A stretch of DNA of 62,774 nucleotides, the filler included. It is 5 parts of 5 records of this genome, joined end to end, with 100 filler letters (N's around TTAATTAATTAA, not from the genome) between each part and the next. Parts side by side here need not be neighbours in the genome. Positions count along the whole stretch, not along the records: positions 1 to 13,455 come from DRR723986_7295; 4 more parts are not named here. One strand, given 5' to 3'. The notes below the pieces were generated by a model. The model was not told the origin of the DNA and made no database searches. It was given only the letters and a program-made list of their open reading frames with translations. Made by a program: the position numbers and the translations under genes. Of the stretch, positions 1 to 9,507 are shown piece by piece (position 1 is the first letter of the stretch; each line of letters opens with the position of its first letter).

Positions 1-1
1 T

Positions 2-1192
2 GTCTGGTGCACCTTCAGCCACGACCAGGTCGACCTGGACTTTCGCAATCCCGAGGTACTCAAGCAGTTCGTGTCGATCATGCGCCAGTACCTCGATAAC
101 GGGATTCGTATCTTCCGGCTCGACGCGGTTGCTTTCCTGTGGAAGATCCCCGGCACCAACTGCCTCAACCTGGAGCAGACCCATGAGATCGTGCGCCTGC
201 TGCGTACTCTGGTGGAACACAGCCGGCCGGACGTTATGCTTATTACCGAGACCAACATCCCCAACCAGGAGAACCTGTCCTACTTCGGTAACTCCAACGA
301 GGCGCACTGCGTTTACAACTTCTCCCTGCCACCGCTGCTGGTGAATACCCTGGTCACCGGTGACTGTGGCTACCTGAAGCAGTGGATGATGAGCATGCCG
401 CCGCCACAGCACGGCACCGCCTTTTTCAACTTCATCGCCTCTCACGACGGTATCGGCCTGCGGCCGGCGGAGGGCCTGTTGTCCGACGAGGAGCTGGGCA
501 CGCTGATTCGGACCATGGAGCTGTTCGGCGGCCACGTGTCCTACCGCGCGCTGGAGAACGGCGACAGTAAACCTTACGAGATCAATATCTCCCTGTTCGA
601 TGCCCTGCAGGGCACCACCGTCGGGCCGGATGGCCAGGGCCTGCAGCGCTTCATCTGTGCCCACGCCATTATGCTCGGCCTTGAAGGCATTCCGGGTATC
701 TATATTCATAGCCTGCTCGGCACCCGTAATGACTATGCCCGGGTGCTGCATACCGGCCAGAACCGGTCGATAAACCGGCACCAGTGGCAGTACGAGAGCT
801 TGCTGGAGGCACTGGCGGACAAGGCAACGGATCACGCGCAGGTCTTCGAGCAGGTGACGGCATTGCTGCAGATTCGACGCCGGCAGGCGGCCTTCCATCC
901 CAACGCGGTGCAGTTCACCTTGCACCTGGGTGCGCAGCTGTTCGGCTTCTGGCGCCAGAGTATGGATCGGCGGCAGAGCATCTTCTGCATCAGCAACATC
1001 AGCGCTGAGCCGCAGGTACTGCTGCTGTCCAATATCAACCTGATCGACGCGGTGAACTGGCAGGACCTGATCACCGGGCTGCCGCTGCCGTCCCGTGATG
1101 CGGAGTTCGAGCTCGCCCCTTACCAGACCCTGTGGATTAGCAATGCGCCGGACCATCATCCCGTCGACGCCAACGGTCCCGCGCGGCCCTGA
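2..1192 (+). CDS. GH13_18 sugar phosphorylase, probably glucosylglycerate phosphorylase (5'-truncated)
   Basis: Frame is open from base 2 ([17 protein letters not shown]). GH13 catalytic motifs RLDAVAF, ITETN and SHDGIG are present. Loop motif PYEIN. Confidence 0.85.
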   Translation, partial: VWCTFSHDQVDLDFRNPEVLKQFVSIMRQYLDNGIRIFRLDAVAFLWKIPGTNCLNLEQTHEIVRLLRTLVEHSRPDVMLITETNIPNQENLSYFGNSNEAHCVYNFSLPPLLVNTLVTGDCGYLKQWMMSMPPPQHGTAFFNFIASHDGIGLRPAEGLLSDEELGTLIRTMELFGGHVSYRALENGDSKPYEINISLFDALQGTTVGPDGQGLQRFICAHAIMLGLEGIPGIYIHSLLGTRNDYARVLHTGQNRSINRHQWQYESLLEALADKATDHAQVFEQVTALLQIRRRQAAFHPNAVQFTLHLGAQLFGFWRQSMDRRQSIFCISNISAEPQVLLLSNINLIDAVNWQDLITGLPLPSRDAEFELAPYQTLWISNAPDHHPVDANGPARP

Positions 1193-1391
1193 TCCCATCC
1201 TGCGGATCATCCGCCTCAGACGCCTGCGAGAAGGGGGCTGAAGCCTCGCTTTAGAGGCTCTGCACGGCAAGTCAGTCCCCAACTCCGCTGTGCTCCGGGT
1301 TCCAGCGAATGCTGTGCTACACTCGCCGGTCACCGGCCGGGTCGCCTGTGGTTCGGCCGCTAACCCTTACAGTTCCAGGACCTGACTGACG

Positions 1392-2582
1392 ATGATCATC
1401 AAGCCCCGCGTTCGCGGTTTTCTGTGCACCACGACCCATCCGCTCGGCTGCGAGGCCAATGTCCGCCACCAGATTGACTACGTAAAGAGCCACGGCCCTA
1501 TCAGCAACGGCCCGCGCCGGGTACTGGTCATCGGTGCTTCCACCGGCTATGGCCTGGCCTCGCGGATAACCGCGGCCTTCGGCGCCGGGGCATCGACCCT
1601 CGGCATCTTCTTCGAGAAGGAAGGCAGCGAGCGCAAGCCCGGCACCGCCGGCTGGTACAACTCCGCCGCCTTCCACAAGTTTGCCGAGGCCGAGGGCCTG
1701 TATGCCAAAAGCATTAACGGTGATGCTTTCAGTGACGAGATCAAGCGCAAGACCATCGACACTATTCGCGCTGACCTGGGCCAGGTCGACCTGGTGGTCT
1801 ACAGCCTCGCCGCGCCCCGGCGCCAGCATCCGGTGACCGGCGAAGTGCACAGCTCTACCCTCAAGCCCATCGGTGGCGATACGGTGCAGAAAGGGGTGAA
1901 CACCGATAAGGAGGAGATCCAGGATTTCCACCTGCAGGCCGCCACCCAGGAAGAGATCGATAACACCGTGGCGGTGATGGGCGGTGAAGACTGGCAGATG
2001 TGGATTGATGCGCTGGACGAGGCCGGGGTGCTGGCCGAGGGTGCCAGGACCACCGCCTATACCTATATCGGCGAGAAGATTACCTGGGATATTTACTGGC
2101 ATGGCACCATCGGCGCCGCCAAGAAAGATCTCGACAAGCGAGTGGTCGACATCCGTGCCCGGCTGGCCGCGCACGGTGGCGATGCCCGGGTATCGGTGCT
2201 GAAAGCGGTAGTCACCCAGGCCAGCGCGGCGATCCCGGCGATGCCGATTTACCTCGCCATCCTGTTCCGGGTAATGAAACAGCGCGGTGTGCACGAGGGC
2301 TGCATCGAGCAGATCGATGGCTTGTTCCGCGATTCCCTGTACAACGACGCGCCGGTGCGGGATGACGAGGGTCGCCTGCGCGCTGACGGCAAGGAGCTGG
2401 ACCCGGCGGTACAGGCCGAGGTCGCAGCGCTCTGGGACCAGATCAGCACGGAGAACCTGCGTGAGCTGTCGGATTTCGAGGGCTATCGCAGGGAGTTCCT
2501 GCAACTGTTTGGCTTCGAGGTGGACGGGGTCGATTACGATGCCGAGGTGAATCCTGAGGTCCCCATCGCGGGCATGGTCTGA
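1392..2582 (+). CDS. fabV: trans-2-enoyl-CoA/ACP reductase FabV
   Basis: [20 protein letters not shown] N-terminus, GASTGYG, and catalytic [10 protein letters not shown] (Y-x8-K). Confidence 0.95.
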   Translation: MIIKPRVRGFLCTTTHPLGCEANVRHQIDYVKSHGPISNGPRRVLVIGASTGYGLASRITAAFGAGASTLGIFFEKEGSERKPGTAGWYNSAAFHKFAEAEGLYAKSINGDAFSDEIKRKTIDTIRADLGQVDLVVYSLAAPRRQHPVTGEVHSSTLKPIGGDTVQKGVNTDKEEIQDFHLQAATQEEIDNTVAVMGGEDWQMWIDALDEAGVLAEGARTTAYTYIGEKITWDIYWHGTIGAAKKDLDKRVVDIRARLAAHGGDARVSVLKAVVTQASAAIPAMPIYLAILFRVMKQRGVHEGCIEQIDGLFRDSLYNDAPVRDDEGRLRADGKELDPAVQAEVAALWDQISTENLRELSDFEGYRREFLQLFGFEVDGVDYDAEVNPEVPIAGMV

Positions 2583-2586
2583 CCCG

Positions 2587-3414
2587 ATGCTCGAGCATGG
2601 CGTACCGTTTCGGCTCAGTCCGCTGGTACAGCGGCTGGTAGCCCCTAACCCGGGCATCATGACTGGCCCCGGAACCAATACCTACCTGATCGGCGATAAG
2701 GAGCTGGCGGTGCTCGACCCCGGCCCGGCCATCGCCGAACACGTGGATGCCATTCTCGCCGCGGGCGGGGAGCGCATCCGCTGGATTGTGTGTACCCATA
2801 CCCACCCCGATCATTCCCCGGCCTGGCAGGAAGTCGCCAGGGCCACCGGTGCCCAGGTGATCGGTGCGCTGCCCGCCGATGACCGTTTCCAGGACGAGAC
2901 GTTCAAGCCCGACTGGGAGATTCGTCACGACGAGGTGCTGCGCACTGCGGAGTTCAACCTCCGCGGCCTGCATACCCCCGGACATGTCAGCAACCATTTT
3001 TGCTACTTTCTCGAGGAAGAGGGCATGGTGTTTGCCGGCGACCACATCATGAATGGCTCGACGGTGGTTATCGTGCCGCCGGGCGGCGACATGAAAGCCT
3101 ATATCGAGTCCCTGCAGTTACTGCTTGATTACCCGGTGCAATCTATCGCTCCCGGTCACGGGGAGCTGATCATGGACTCCCGGGCCGAAGTGGAACATCT
3201 GGTCAAGCACCGCCTGCAGCGGGAGGCGAAAGTCGTCGCCGGCTTGCAGCAACTCGGGCGCAGCGACCTGGACCGGCTGGTGGCGGTGGTGTACGACGAT
3301 GTGGACCGCGAACGCCACGAGTGGGCCAAGCTCTCGCTCACCGCCCACCTGATCAAGCTCGCCGCCGAGGAGCGCGCGACCCGGCATGCTGACGAGAGCT
3401 GGGAGCTGCGCTGA
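2587..3414 (+). CDS. Metallo-beta-lactamase-fold hydrolase (LACTB2-like)
   Basis: APNPGIMTGPGTNTY, HTHPDH (HxHxDH), HTPGH, GDH; starts 4 nt after the fabV stop. Confidence 0.9.
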   Translation: MLEHGVPFRLSPLVQRLVAPNPGIMTGPGTNTYLIGDKELAVLDPGPAIAEHVDAILAAGGERIRWIVCTHTHPDHSPAWQEVARATGAQVIGALPADDRFQDETFKPDWEIRHDEVLRTAEFNLRGLHTPGHVSNHFCYFLEEEGMVFAGDHIMNGSTVVIVPPGGDMKAYIESLQLLLDYPVQSIAPGHGELIMDSRAEVEHLVKHRLQREAKVVAGLQQLGRSDLDRLVAVVYDDVDRERHEWAKLSLTAHLIKLAAEERATRHADESWELR

Positions 3415-3481
3415 GTCGGTATTGCCCCGCGATAATCCCTTTTCCTTTACCAACAGCATAAAACCAGGAGGAACCCCCCGG

Positions 3482-5110
3482 ATGAAAGGCCTGATGATGG
3501 ATGTCCCGCTGACCATCACCTCGATCATGCAGCACGCCGAGCGCGTGAATGGCGATGTCGAGATTGTCTCGGTTACCCGCGATAACCCGCGCCACCGTTA
3601 TACCTATCGCGATGCATTCCGACGCACCCGCCAGCTCGCCAATGCCATGGCCGGGTGGGGGCTGGCCAGGGGCGATCGCATAGCTACCCTGGCCTGGAAC
3701 GATTACCGGCATTTTGAAACCTACTACGCCGCGTCCTGCAGCGGCTTTGTCTGTCACACCATCAACCCGCGGCTGTTCCCGGAGCAGTTGGTGTACATCA
3801 TCAATCACGCGGACGACCAGTACCTGTTCCTGGACCTGGACTTCCTGCCGATCGTCACTGCGATCGCCGAGCAGTGCCCGGGGGTCAAGGGCTGGATTGT
3901 GCTGACCGATGAAGCGCATATGCCGGAGACCAGCCTCGACAACGTGATCTGCTACGAGACCCTGGTTGCGGCCCACAGCGATGAGTTCAGCTGGCCGGAA
4001 CTGGCCGAGGATTCCGCCTGTGCGCTCTGTTACACCTCCGGCACCACCGGCAATCCCAAGGGGGTGCTTTACGCCCACCGGTCGACCATGCTGCACGCCT
4101 ATGCCTCGATGATGCCGGATATGATGGGCCTGGCTTCCAGCGATGTCGTGCTGCCGATTGTGCCGATGTTTCATGTCAACGCCTGGGGTAATCCCTACGC
4201 CTGCCCGATGATCGGCGCGAAGCTGGTGTTCCCCGGCAACAAGATGGGCGACGGCGAGACCCTGGCCACCCTGATCAATGAGGAGGGTGTAACCATGTCC
4301 GCCGGTGTGCCCACCGTGTGGCTGGGTCTGCTGGCCTACCTGAAGAGCGCCGGCAAGCAGGTTGAGAGCCTGAAGCGTGTGCTGGTTGGCGGCGCCGCCT
4401 GTCCGCTGTCAGTGATGGAAGACTTCGACAAGTTCGGGGTCGAGACCCGGGTGGGCTGGGGTATGACTGAAATGAGCCCGCTGGGCACGGTCAACGCCAG
4501 TACCACCCAGCGCGATCGCTACGCTCCCGAGGAATTCGCCCGCCTGCGGCTCAAGGCGGGTCGTCCGGTGTTCGGGGTGGAGATGAAAATCGTGGACGAC
4601 GAGGGCAATGAGCTGCCCTGGGACGGCAAGGCCTTCGGTTCCCTGAAGGTTCGCGGGCCCTGGATCTGTTCCAGCTACTTCAAGCTGGATGGCTCTGATG
4701 CCCATGCCGAGGACGGCTGGTTCGAGACCGGTGACGTTGCCACCATCGACCCCGAGGGCTATATGGCGATCACCGACCGCACCAAGGACGTGATCAAGTC
4801 CGGTGGCGAGTGGATTTCATCGATCGACGTCGAGAACGTGGCTACCGACCATCCCAAGGTGGCGGAGGCGGCGGTTATCGGCCATTTCCACCCGAAGTGG
4901 AGTGAGCGCCCACTACTCGTCGCGGTCCGCGCCGCGGACGGGCAGGACCTGACCGCCGAGGAGATGCTGGCCTGGTTCGACGGCAAGATCGCCAAGTGGT
5001 GGGTACCCGATGCGGTGGAATTCGTCGATGAACTGCCTCATGGCGCCACCGGCAAGATCCAGAAGGTCACGCTGCGGGAGATGTTCAAGGATTACAGCTT
5101 CCCGGTCTGA
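3482..5110 (+). CDS. Medium/long-chain fatty acyl-CoA ligase (AlkK/DmdB-like)
   Basis: YTSGTTGNPKG, GWGMTE, TDRTKDVIKSGGEWISS. GGAGG RBS before ATG 3482; the track start at 3386 is too long. Confidence 0.9.
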   Translation: MKGLMMDVPLTITSIMQHAERVNGDVEIVSVTRDNPRHRYTYRDAFRRTRQLANAMAGWGLARGDRIATLAWNDYRHFETYYAASCSGFVCHTINPRLFPEQLVYIINHADDQYLFLDLDFLPIVTAIAEQCPGVKGWIVLTDEAHMPETSLDNVICYETLVAAHSDEFSWPELAEDSACALCYTSGTTGNPKGVLYAHRSTMLHAYASMMPDMMGLASSDVVLPIVPMFHVNAWGNPYACPMIGAKLVFPGNKMGDGETLATLINEEGVTMSAGVPTVWLGLLAYLKSAGKQVESLKRVLVGGAACPLSVMEDFDKFGVETRVGWGMTEMSPLGTVNASTTQRDRYAPEEFARLRLKAGRPVFGVEMKIVDDEGNELPWDGKAFGSLKVRGPWICSSYFKLDGSDAHAEDGWFETGDVATIDPEGYMAITDRTKDVIKSGGEWISSIDVENVATDHPKVAEAAVIGHFHPKWSERPLLVAVRAADGQDLTAEEMLAWFDGKIAKWWVPDAVEFVDELPHGATGKIQKVTLREMFKDYSFPV

Positions 5111-5118
5111 GCCCTGAA

Positions 5119-5150
5119 GCCCGGGCCTCCGAACAGGCCCGGGCGTAATT
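5119..5150 (+). terminator. Putative intrinsic terminator
   Basis: Perfect 10-bp stem gcccgggcct/aggcccgggc just after the ligase stop, followed by gtaattt (weak U tract). Confidence 0.55.
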
Positions 5151-5257
5151 TAACATATTGCACTAATTCGTAGATATCACGGCAGATAAATACGCATTTC
5201 GCTTGTCTTGATCGGTTTAGCTGACTAATATGCCTTCCTCTTGCCCGGAGGTACGAC

Positions 5258-6841
5258 GTGTCAGCAGACCCCGCCACAGCCCAGACCCTGCCCAGCCTGG
5301 TCAGCCTTGCGGCCCGGCGATTCGCTGAGCGCCCCGCGATTACCGACGGTGCGGTAAAGCTGAACTTCCTCGAACTGGACGCCGCCCGGGTACAGGCTGC
5401 CCGGGCCTTTCTGGCCGCCGGTATCGGCAAGGGCGACCGCATCGCCGTCTGGGCGCCGAATATTCATCAGTGGATTCTTGCCGCGATCGGTGCCCAGAGC
5501 ATTGGCGCCGTGCTGGTACCCCTCAATACCCGGCTCAAGGGTCCCGAGGCGGCCTATATCCTCAATGCCAGCGGAGCCCGGCTGCTGTTCACCGTCACCG
5601 ACTTTCTCGGGGTCAATTACCCGCAGCTGCTGGCCGGGCAGGATACGCCGGCCCTGGAGCGGATTATCTGCCTGCAGGGCGAGCCGGGCGATGCCACCAG
5701 CTGGGAGCGGTTCCTGGCCGGTGGTAGCGAGGTCGCTGAGGAGGCCGTCACCGCCCATGCCGATGCCATCGGCGGCGACGATACGCTCGACATCCTGTTT
5801 ACCTCCGGGACTACCGGCAAGCCCAAGGGCGTGGTCACCAACCATGCCCAGAACATTCGCACCTTCGCCACCTGGAGCGCCACTGTGGGCCTGCGGGAGG
5901 ATGATAACTATTTGATTATCAACCCGTTTTTCCATTCCTTCGGCTATAAGGCCGGCTGGCTGGCGTCGCTGATTCGCGGCGCCCACATGCTGCCGGTGCT
6001 CAGTTTCGACCTCGACGAGGTGCTGGCCCGCATTGCCCGCGACCGGGTATCCATGATCCCGGGGCCGCCGACGATCTACCAGTCGCTGTTGGCCCACCCG
6101 AAGCGGGCGGAATACGACCTGTCCAGCCTGCGCCTGGCGGTGACCGGTGCCGCCCCGGTGCCGGTGCAACTGGTAGAGGATATGCGCAGCGAGCTGGGCT
6201 TCGAGGTGGTGGTGACTGCCTATGGTCTCACCGAGAGTTGCGGTGTGGTGACTATCTGCCGGGCGGATGACAGCCCGGAACGTATTTCCCACAGCTCCGG
6301 CCGCGCCATGGACGGGGTGGAAGTAAAGCTGGTGGATACCGACGGAAACCCGGTGGCGACCGGCAACGAGGGCGAGATCTGGTGTCGTGGTTTCAATGTC
6401 ATGCAGGGATACCTCGATGACCCGCAGGAGACCGCCCGGACCATCACTGACGACGGCTGGTTGAGAACCGGTGACGTGGGCGTGATGGATGAGGACGGCT
6501 ATGTGCGCATTACCGACCGCATCAAGGACATGTTCATTGTCGGTGGCTTTAACTGCTATCCGGCGGAGATAGAAAACACCCTGTGCAGTATGCCCGGAGT
6601 GGCGCGAGCGGCAGTGATCGGTGTGCCGGACGAACGGATGGGCGAGGTCGCGCGGGCCTATATCGTCCCTGCCAGCGGGGCACAGCTCGACGAGGCCGCG
6701 GTTATTGCCTGGTGTCGCGAGAACATGGCGAATTACAAAGTGCCGCGCACAGTGTGCCTGGTGGACGAATTCCCGCTGAATGCCAGCGGCAAGGTGTTGA
6801 AGCTGGAGCTGCGTGAGCGCGCGGCCCGGGAGCTTGGGTGA
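5258..6841 (+). CDS. fadD3: FadD3-family acyl-CoA ligase (probable HIP-CoA ligase)
   Basis: FTSGTTGKPKG, NPFFHSFGYKAG, DRIKDMFIVGGFNCYPAEIE; operonic with ipdABC; GGAGG before GTG. Confidence 0.8.
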   Translation: MSADPATAQTLPSLVSLAARRFAERPAITDGAVKLNFLELDAARVQAARAFLAAGIGKGDRIAVWAPNIHQWILAAIGAQSIGAVLVPLNTRLKGPEAAYILNASGARLLFTVTDFLGVNYPQLLAGQDTPALERIICLQGEPGDATSWERFLAGGSEVAEEAVTAHADAIGGDDTLDILFTSGTTGKPKGVVTNHAQNIRTFATWSATVGLREDDNYLIINPFFHSFGYKAGWLASLIRGAHMLPVLSFDLDEVLARIARDRVSMIPGPPTIYQSLLAHPKRAEYDLSSLRLAVTGAAPVPVQLVEDMRSELGFEVVVTAYGLTESCGVVTICRADDSPERISHSSGRAMDGVEVKLVDTDGNPVATGNEGEIWCRGFNVMQGYLDDPQETARTITDDGWLRTGDVGVMDEDGYVRITDRIKDMFIVGGFNCYPAEIENTLCSMPGVARAAVIGVPDERMGEVARAYIVPASGAQLDEAAVIAWCRENMANYKVPRTVCLVDEFPLNASGKVLKLELRERAARELG

Positions 6842-7335
6842 ATCAGGCCGCCGCCAGGACGTCCAGTGGGCCGATCGAGCTGGATGCGATGGATAACGCC
6901 ATCATCGACCTGCTGCGCCAGGACGGGCGCATGCCCTACCGCGCCATCGCGCGCGAGCTGGGGGTCACCGAGGCCACCGTGCGCACCCGGATCAGGCGGC
7001 TGGAAGAATCGAACACCATGCGTGTGGTCGCGGTCACCGATATCGAGGCGGCGGGCTACGGCATGCTGCTCGCGGTTGGGGTGCAGGTAGAGGGCCGCTC
7101 GCCGGAGGCGGTAGCCAGGGACCTGGCTCTTATCCCGGAAGTGTTTTCCGTGAACGTGGTGGTGGGTGCCCAGGATATTGAGATCCTGGCCGTTGCCCGG
7201 GACCAGGAAGCGCTGGGCCAGATGATGAGCGACTGTCTTGCGGTGGTGCCGGGTGTGCGCCGTCTGACCCCGGCGCTGGCAGTGGAAGTCCTGAAGAACC
7301 AACCGGACTGGGTACCGTTCCATGAGCCGGCGTGA
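6838..7335 (+). CDS. Lrp/AsnC-family transcriptional regulator 1
   Basis: LD..DNAIIDLLRQDGRMPYRAIARELGVTEATVRTRIRRL HTH plus RAM-like C-terminus; GTGA overlap with the fadD3 stop. Confidence 0.9.
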   Translation: MNQAAARTSSGPIELDAMDNAIIDLLRQDGRMPYRAIARELGVTEATVRTRIRRLEESNTMRVVAVTDIEAAGYGMLLAVGVQVEGRSPEAVARDLALIPEVFSVNVVVGAQDIEILAVARDQEALGQMMSDCLAVVPGVRRLTPALAVEVLKNQPDWVPFHEPA

Positions 7336-7813
7336 ACTGGACCGGGTGGATCGCGCCATCGTCGACCGGCTTGCCCGCGACGCGCGGCTGAGTAATCGCC
7401 AGATCGCGGGAGAGCTTGGGGTCACCGAGGGGACTGTGCGCTCGCGTATCCGGCGGATGGAACAGGACCGGCAGATCCGCCTGACAGCGGTGACCAATAT
7501 TGAGCGTTTCCGGGATGCTTCGCTGGCCTACATTTTTATCGAGGTGGAGCGCAGCGACCGGACCCGGGACGTCTCGCAGGCGCTGGCGGCGATACCCGAG
7601 CTGGGCTTTGTCGGGGTGATGCTGGGCCGCTCGGATATTCTCGCCATCACCATGGTGCGCAATACCGAGCACCTAGCGGATTTTATCCACCAGCGTATTA
7701 GCAGTATTGAGGGCGTGCGTCGGACCGAGAGCACGCTCGGTGTGAATTTCATCAAGCACGATTACCGCATGGCGCGGATCGTCAACGGAGCAGCAGGGAG
7801 AGATAGCGGGTGA
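7322..7813 (+). CDS. Lrp/AsnC-family transcriptional regulator 2
   Basis: LDRVDRAIVDRLARDARLSNRQIAGELGVTEGTVRSRIRRM HTH; 14-nt overlap with regulator 1. Confidence 0.9.
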   Translation: MSRRELDRVDRAIVDRLARDARLSNRQIAGELGVTEGTVRSRIRRMEQDRQIRLTAVTNIERFRDASLAYIFIEVERSDRTRDVSQALAAIPELGFVGVMLGRSDILAITMVRNTEHLADFIHQRISSIEGVRRTESTLGVNFIKHDYRMARIVNGAAGRDSG

Positions 7814-8688
7814 CACTGGACAAGCGAATGACAGCGCCGGAGGTAGTGGCGCAGATCGAGGACGGGATGACGATCGGTATCGGCGGCTGGGGCCCGCGGC
7901 GCAAGCCGATGGCCCTGGTGCGCGAGATCCTGCGTTCCGATGTGAAGGATTTGACGGTGGTCGCCTATGGCGGTGCCGACGTGGGCATGCTGTGCGCGGC
8001 CGGGCGGGTAAAGAAGCTGGTGTTCGCTTTTGTCTCGCTGGACTTCATTCCGCTGGAGCCGTATTTCCGCGCTGCCCGCCAGTCGGGGGCGATCGAGGTG
8101 ATGGAGGTCGATGAGGGCATGATGTTGCTGGGCCTGCGGGCCGCGGCCTGGGGTGTGCCGTTTATTCCCACCCAGGTGGGCCTGGGCACCGATATTGTGA
8201 CCCGCAACCCCGACATCAAGGTGATCGACAGCCCCTACGACGATAAAGAGTGGGTGGCCATGCCGGCACTCAAGCTGGACGTATCGCTGCTGCATGTCGA
8301 TCGCGCAGACCAGCGCGGCGTGTGCCAGATCGCCGGCCCGGATCACTACATGGACGACTGGTTTGCCCGCGCCGCGGCAAAGACGTTTGTGTCCTGTGAT
8401 GAGCTGGTAGACAGCGATTATTTCCACGATCCGGAGCAGGCGCGCCTGGTGTTCTGGGAGCGTGCCGCCACCACCGGTGTGGTCCCCATCCCCGGCGGTG
8501 CCCACCCCAGTTCCTGCAGCCCGCTGTACGGCTTCGATGTGCCGCACTTCAAGGCCTATGCGGCCTCGGCCAAGGAGGGTGGTATTGACGGATACCTCGC
8601 GCAATACCTCGGCGAGGATGAAGCCGATTACCAGTCCAGGGTGGGTGGCCTCGACGCCATTCGCGCTATTGAACTTCCCGTGTACTGA
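7810..8688 (+). CDS. ipdA: IpdA/ScdL1, CoA-transferase-fold ring-cleaving hydrolase alpha subunit
   Basis: GMTIGIGGWGPRRKPMALVREILRSDVKDLTVV and EVDEGM closely match mycobacterial IpdA as recalled; GTGA overlap with the upstream gene. Confidence 0.88.
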   Translation: MTLDKRMTAPEVVAQIEDGMTIGIGGWGPRRKPMALVREILRSDVKDLTVVAYGGADVGMLCAAGRVKKLVFAFVSLDFIPLEPYFRAARQSGAIEVMEVDEGMMLLGLRAAAWGVPFIPTQVGLGTDIVTRNPDIKVIDSPYDDKEWVAMPALKLDVSLLHVDRADQRGVCQIAGPDHYMDDWFARAAAKTFVSCDELVDSDYFHDPEQARLVFWERAATTGVVPIPGGAHPSSCSPLYGFDVPHFKAYAASAKEGGIDGYLAQYLGEDEADYQSRVGGLDAIRAIELPVY

Positions 8689-8708
8689 GCCGACCAGGAG
8701 ATAAAAGT

Positions 8709-9500
8709 ATGAGTGATTACACACTGGCGGAACTGTGCATCGTCGCGGCCAGCGAGGCCTTTGTCGATGACGGCGAAGTGCTGGCAACCGGGATCGGCGT
8801 GATCCCGCGTCTTGCAGCCAGCCTGGCGATGAAAACCAGTAACCCCGCGCTGATGATGACCGACTCCGAGGCCTATATGCTGTCGGAGCCCAACCCGATC
8901 GGCAAACGCGGCGCTGACTTTGTGCAGGCCAACGAGAGCTGGATGGGTTTTTCCCGCATCTTCGATAACGTCTGGAGCGGCAAGCGTCACGCCATGCTGG
9001 GCCCGACCCAGATCGATCGCTTCGGCCAGTCCAATACCTCGGCCCTCGGCGGCAGCTATGAGCAGCCGAAAGTGATGATGCTGGGTGCCCGCGGCTTTCC
9101 CGGTAATTCCATTTCCCACCCGAACAGCTTCTTTGTGCCGGGACATAACACGCGGGTCTTTCTCGACGGTGAATGCGATTTCGTGTCCTCCGTCGGTTAC
9201 AACCCGGCGCGCCTGCCCAGGGGGCACTCGCTGGACGACATCGATATCCGGCGGGTGATTACCGACCTGTGTGTGATGGATTTCGGTGGTCCCGACCACC
9301 AGATCCGGCTGCTGTCGCTGCATCCCGGCGTGACCGTGGAGCAGGTGCAGGAAAATACCGGCTACCCGGTGTTTATCCCTGACGATGTGCCGGTAACCGC
9401 GGCGCCGACGGCCGAGCAGCTGGCGATCATTGCTGCCCTGGATCCCCACAACCAGCGGGCTTTCCAGATCAAGGACAACCCGCCGGGTGACCGGAGTTGA
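8709..9500 (+). CDS. ipdB: IpdB/ScdL2, beta subunit
   Basis: TLAELCIVAASEAF, GKRHAMLGPTQIDRFGQSN, LGARGFPGN; directly follows ipdA. Confidence 0.88.
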   Translation: MSDYTLAELCIVAASEAFVDDGEVLATGIGVIPRLAASLAMKTSNPALMMTDSEAYMLSEPNPIGKRGADFVQANESWMGFSRIFDNVWSGKRHAMLGPTQIDRFGQSNTSALGGSYEQPKVMMLGARGFPGNSISHPNSFFVPGHNTRVFLDGECDFVSSVGYNPARLPRGHSLDDIDIRRVITDLCVMDFGGPDHQIRLLSLHPGVTVEQVQENTGYPVFIPDDVPVTAAPTAEQLAIIAALDPHNQRAFQIKDNPPGDRS

Positions 9501-9507
9501 ATGACTG

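Noticed and set aside
1317-2678. 453-aa antisense ORF over fabV
   Set aside because: Shadow ORF from GC-rich codon bias; no recognisable motifs.
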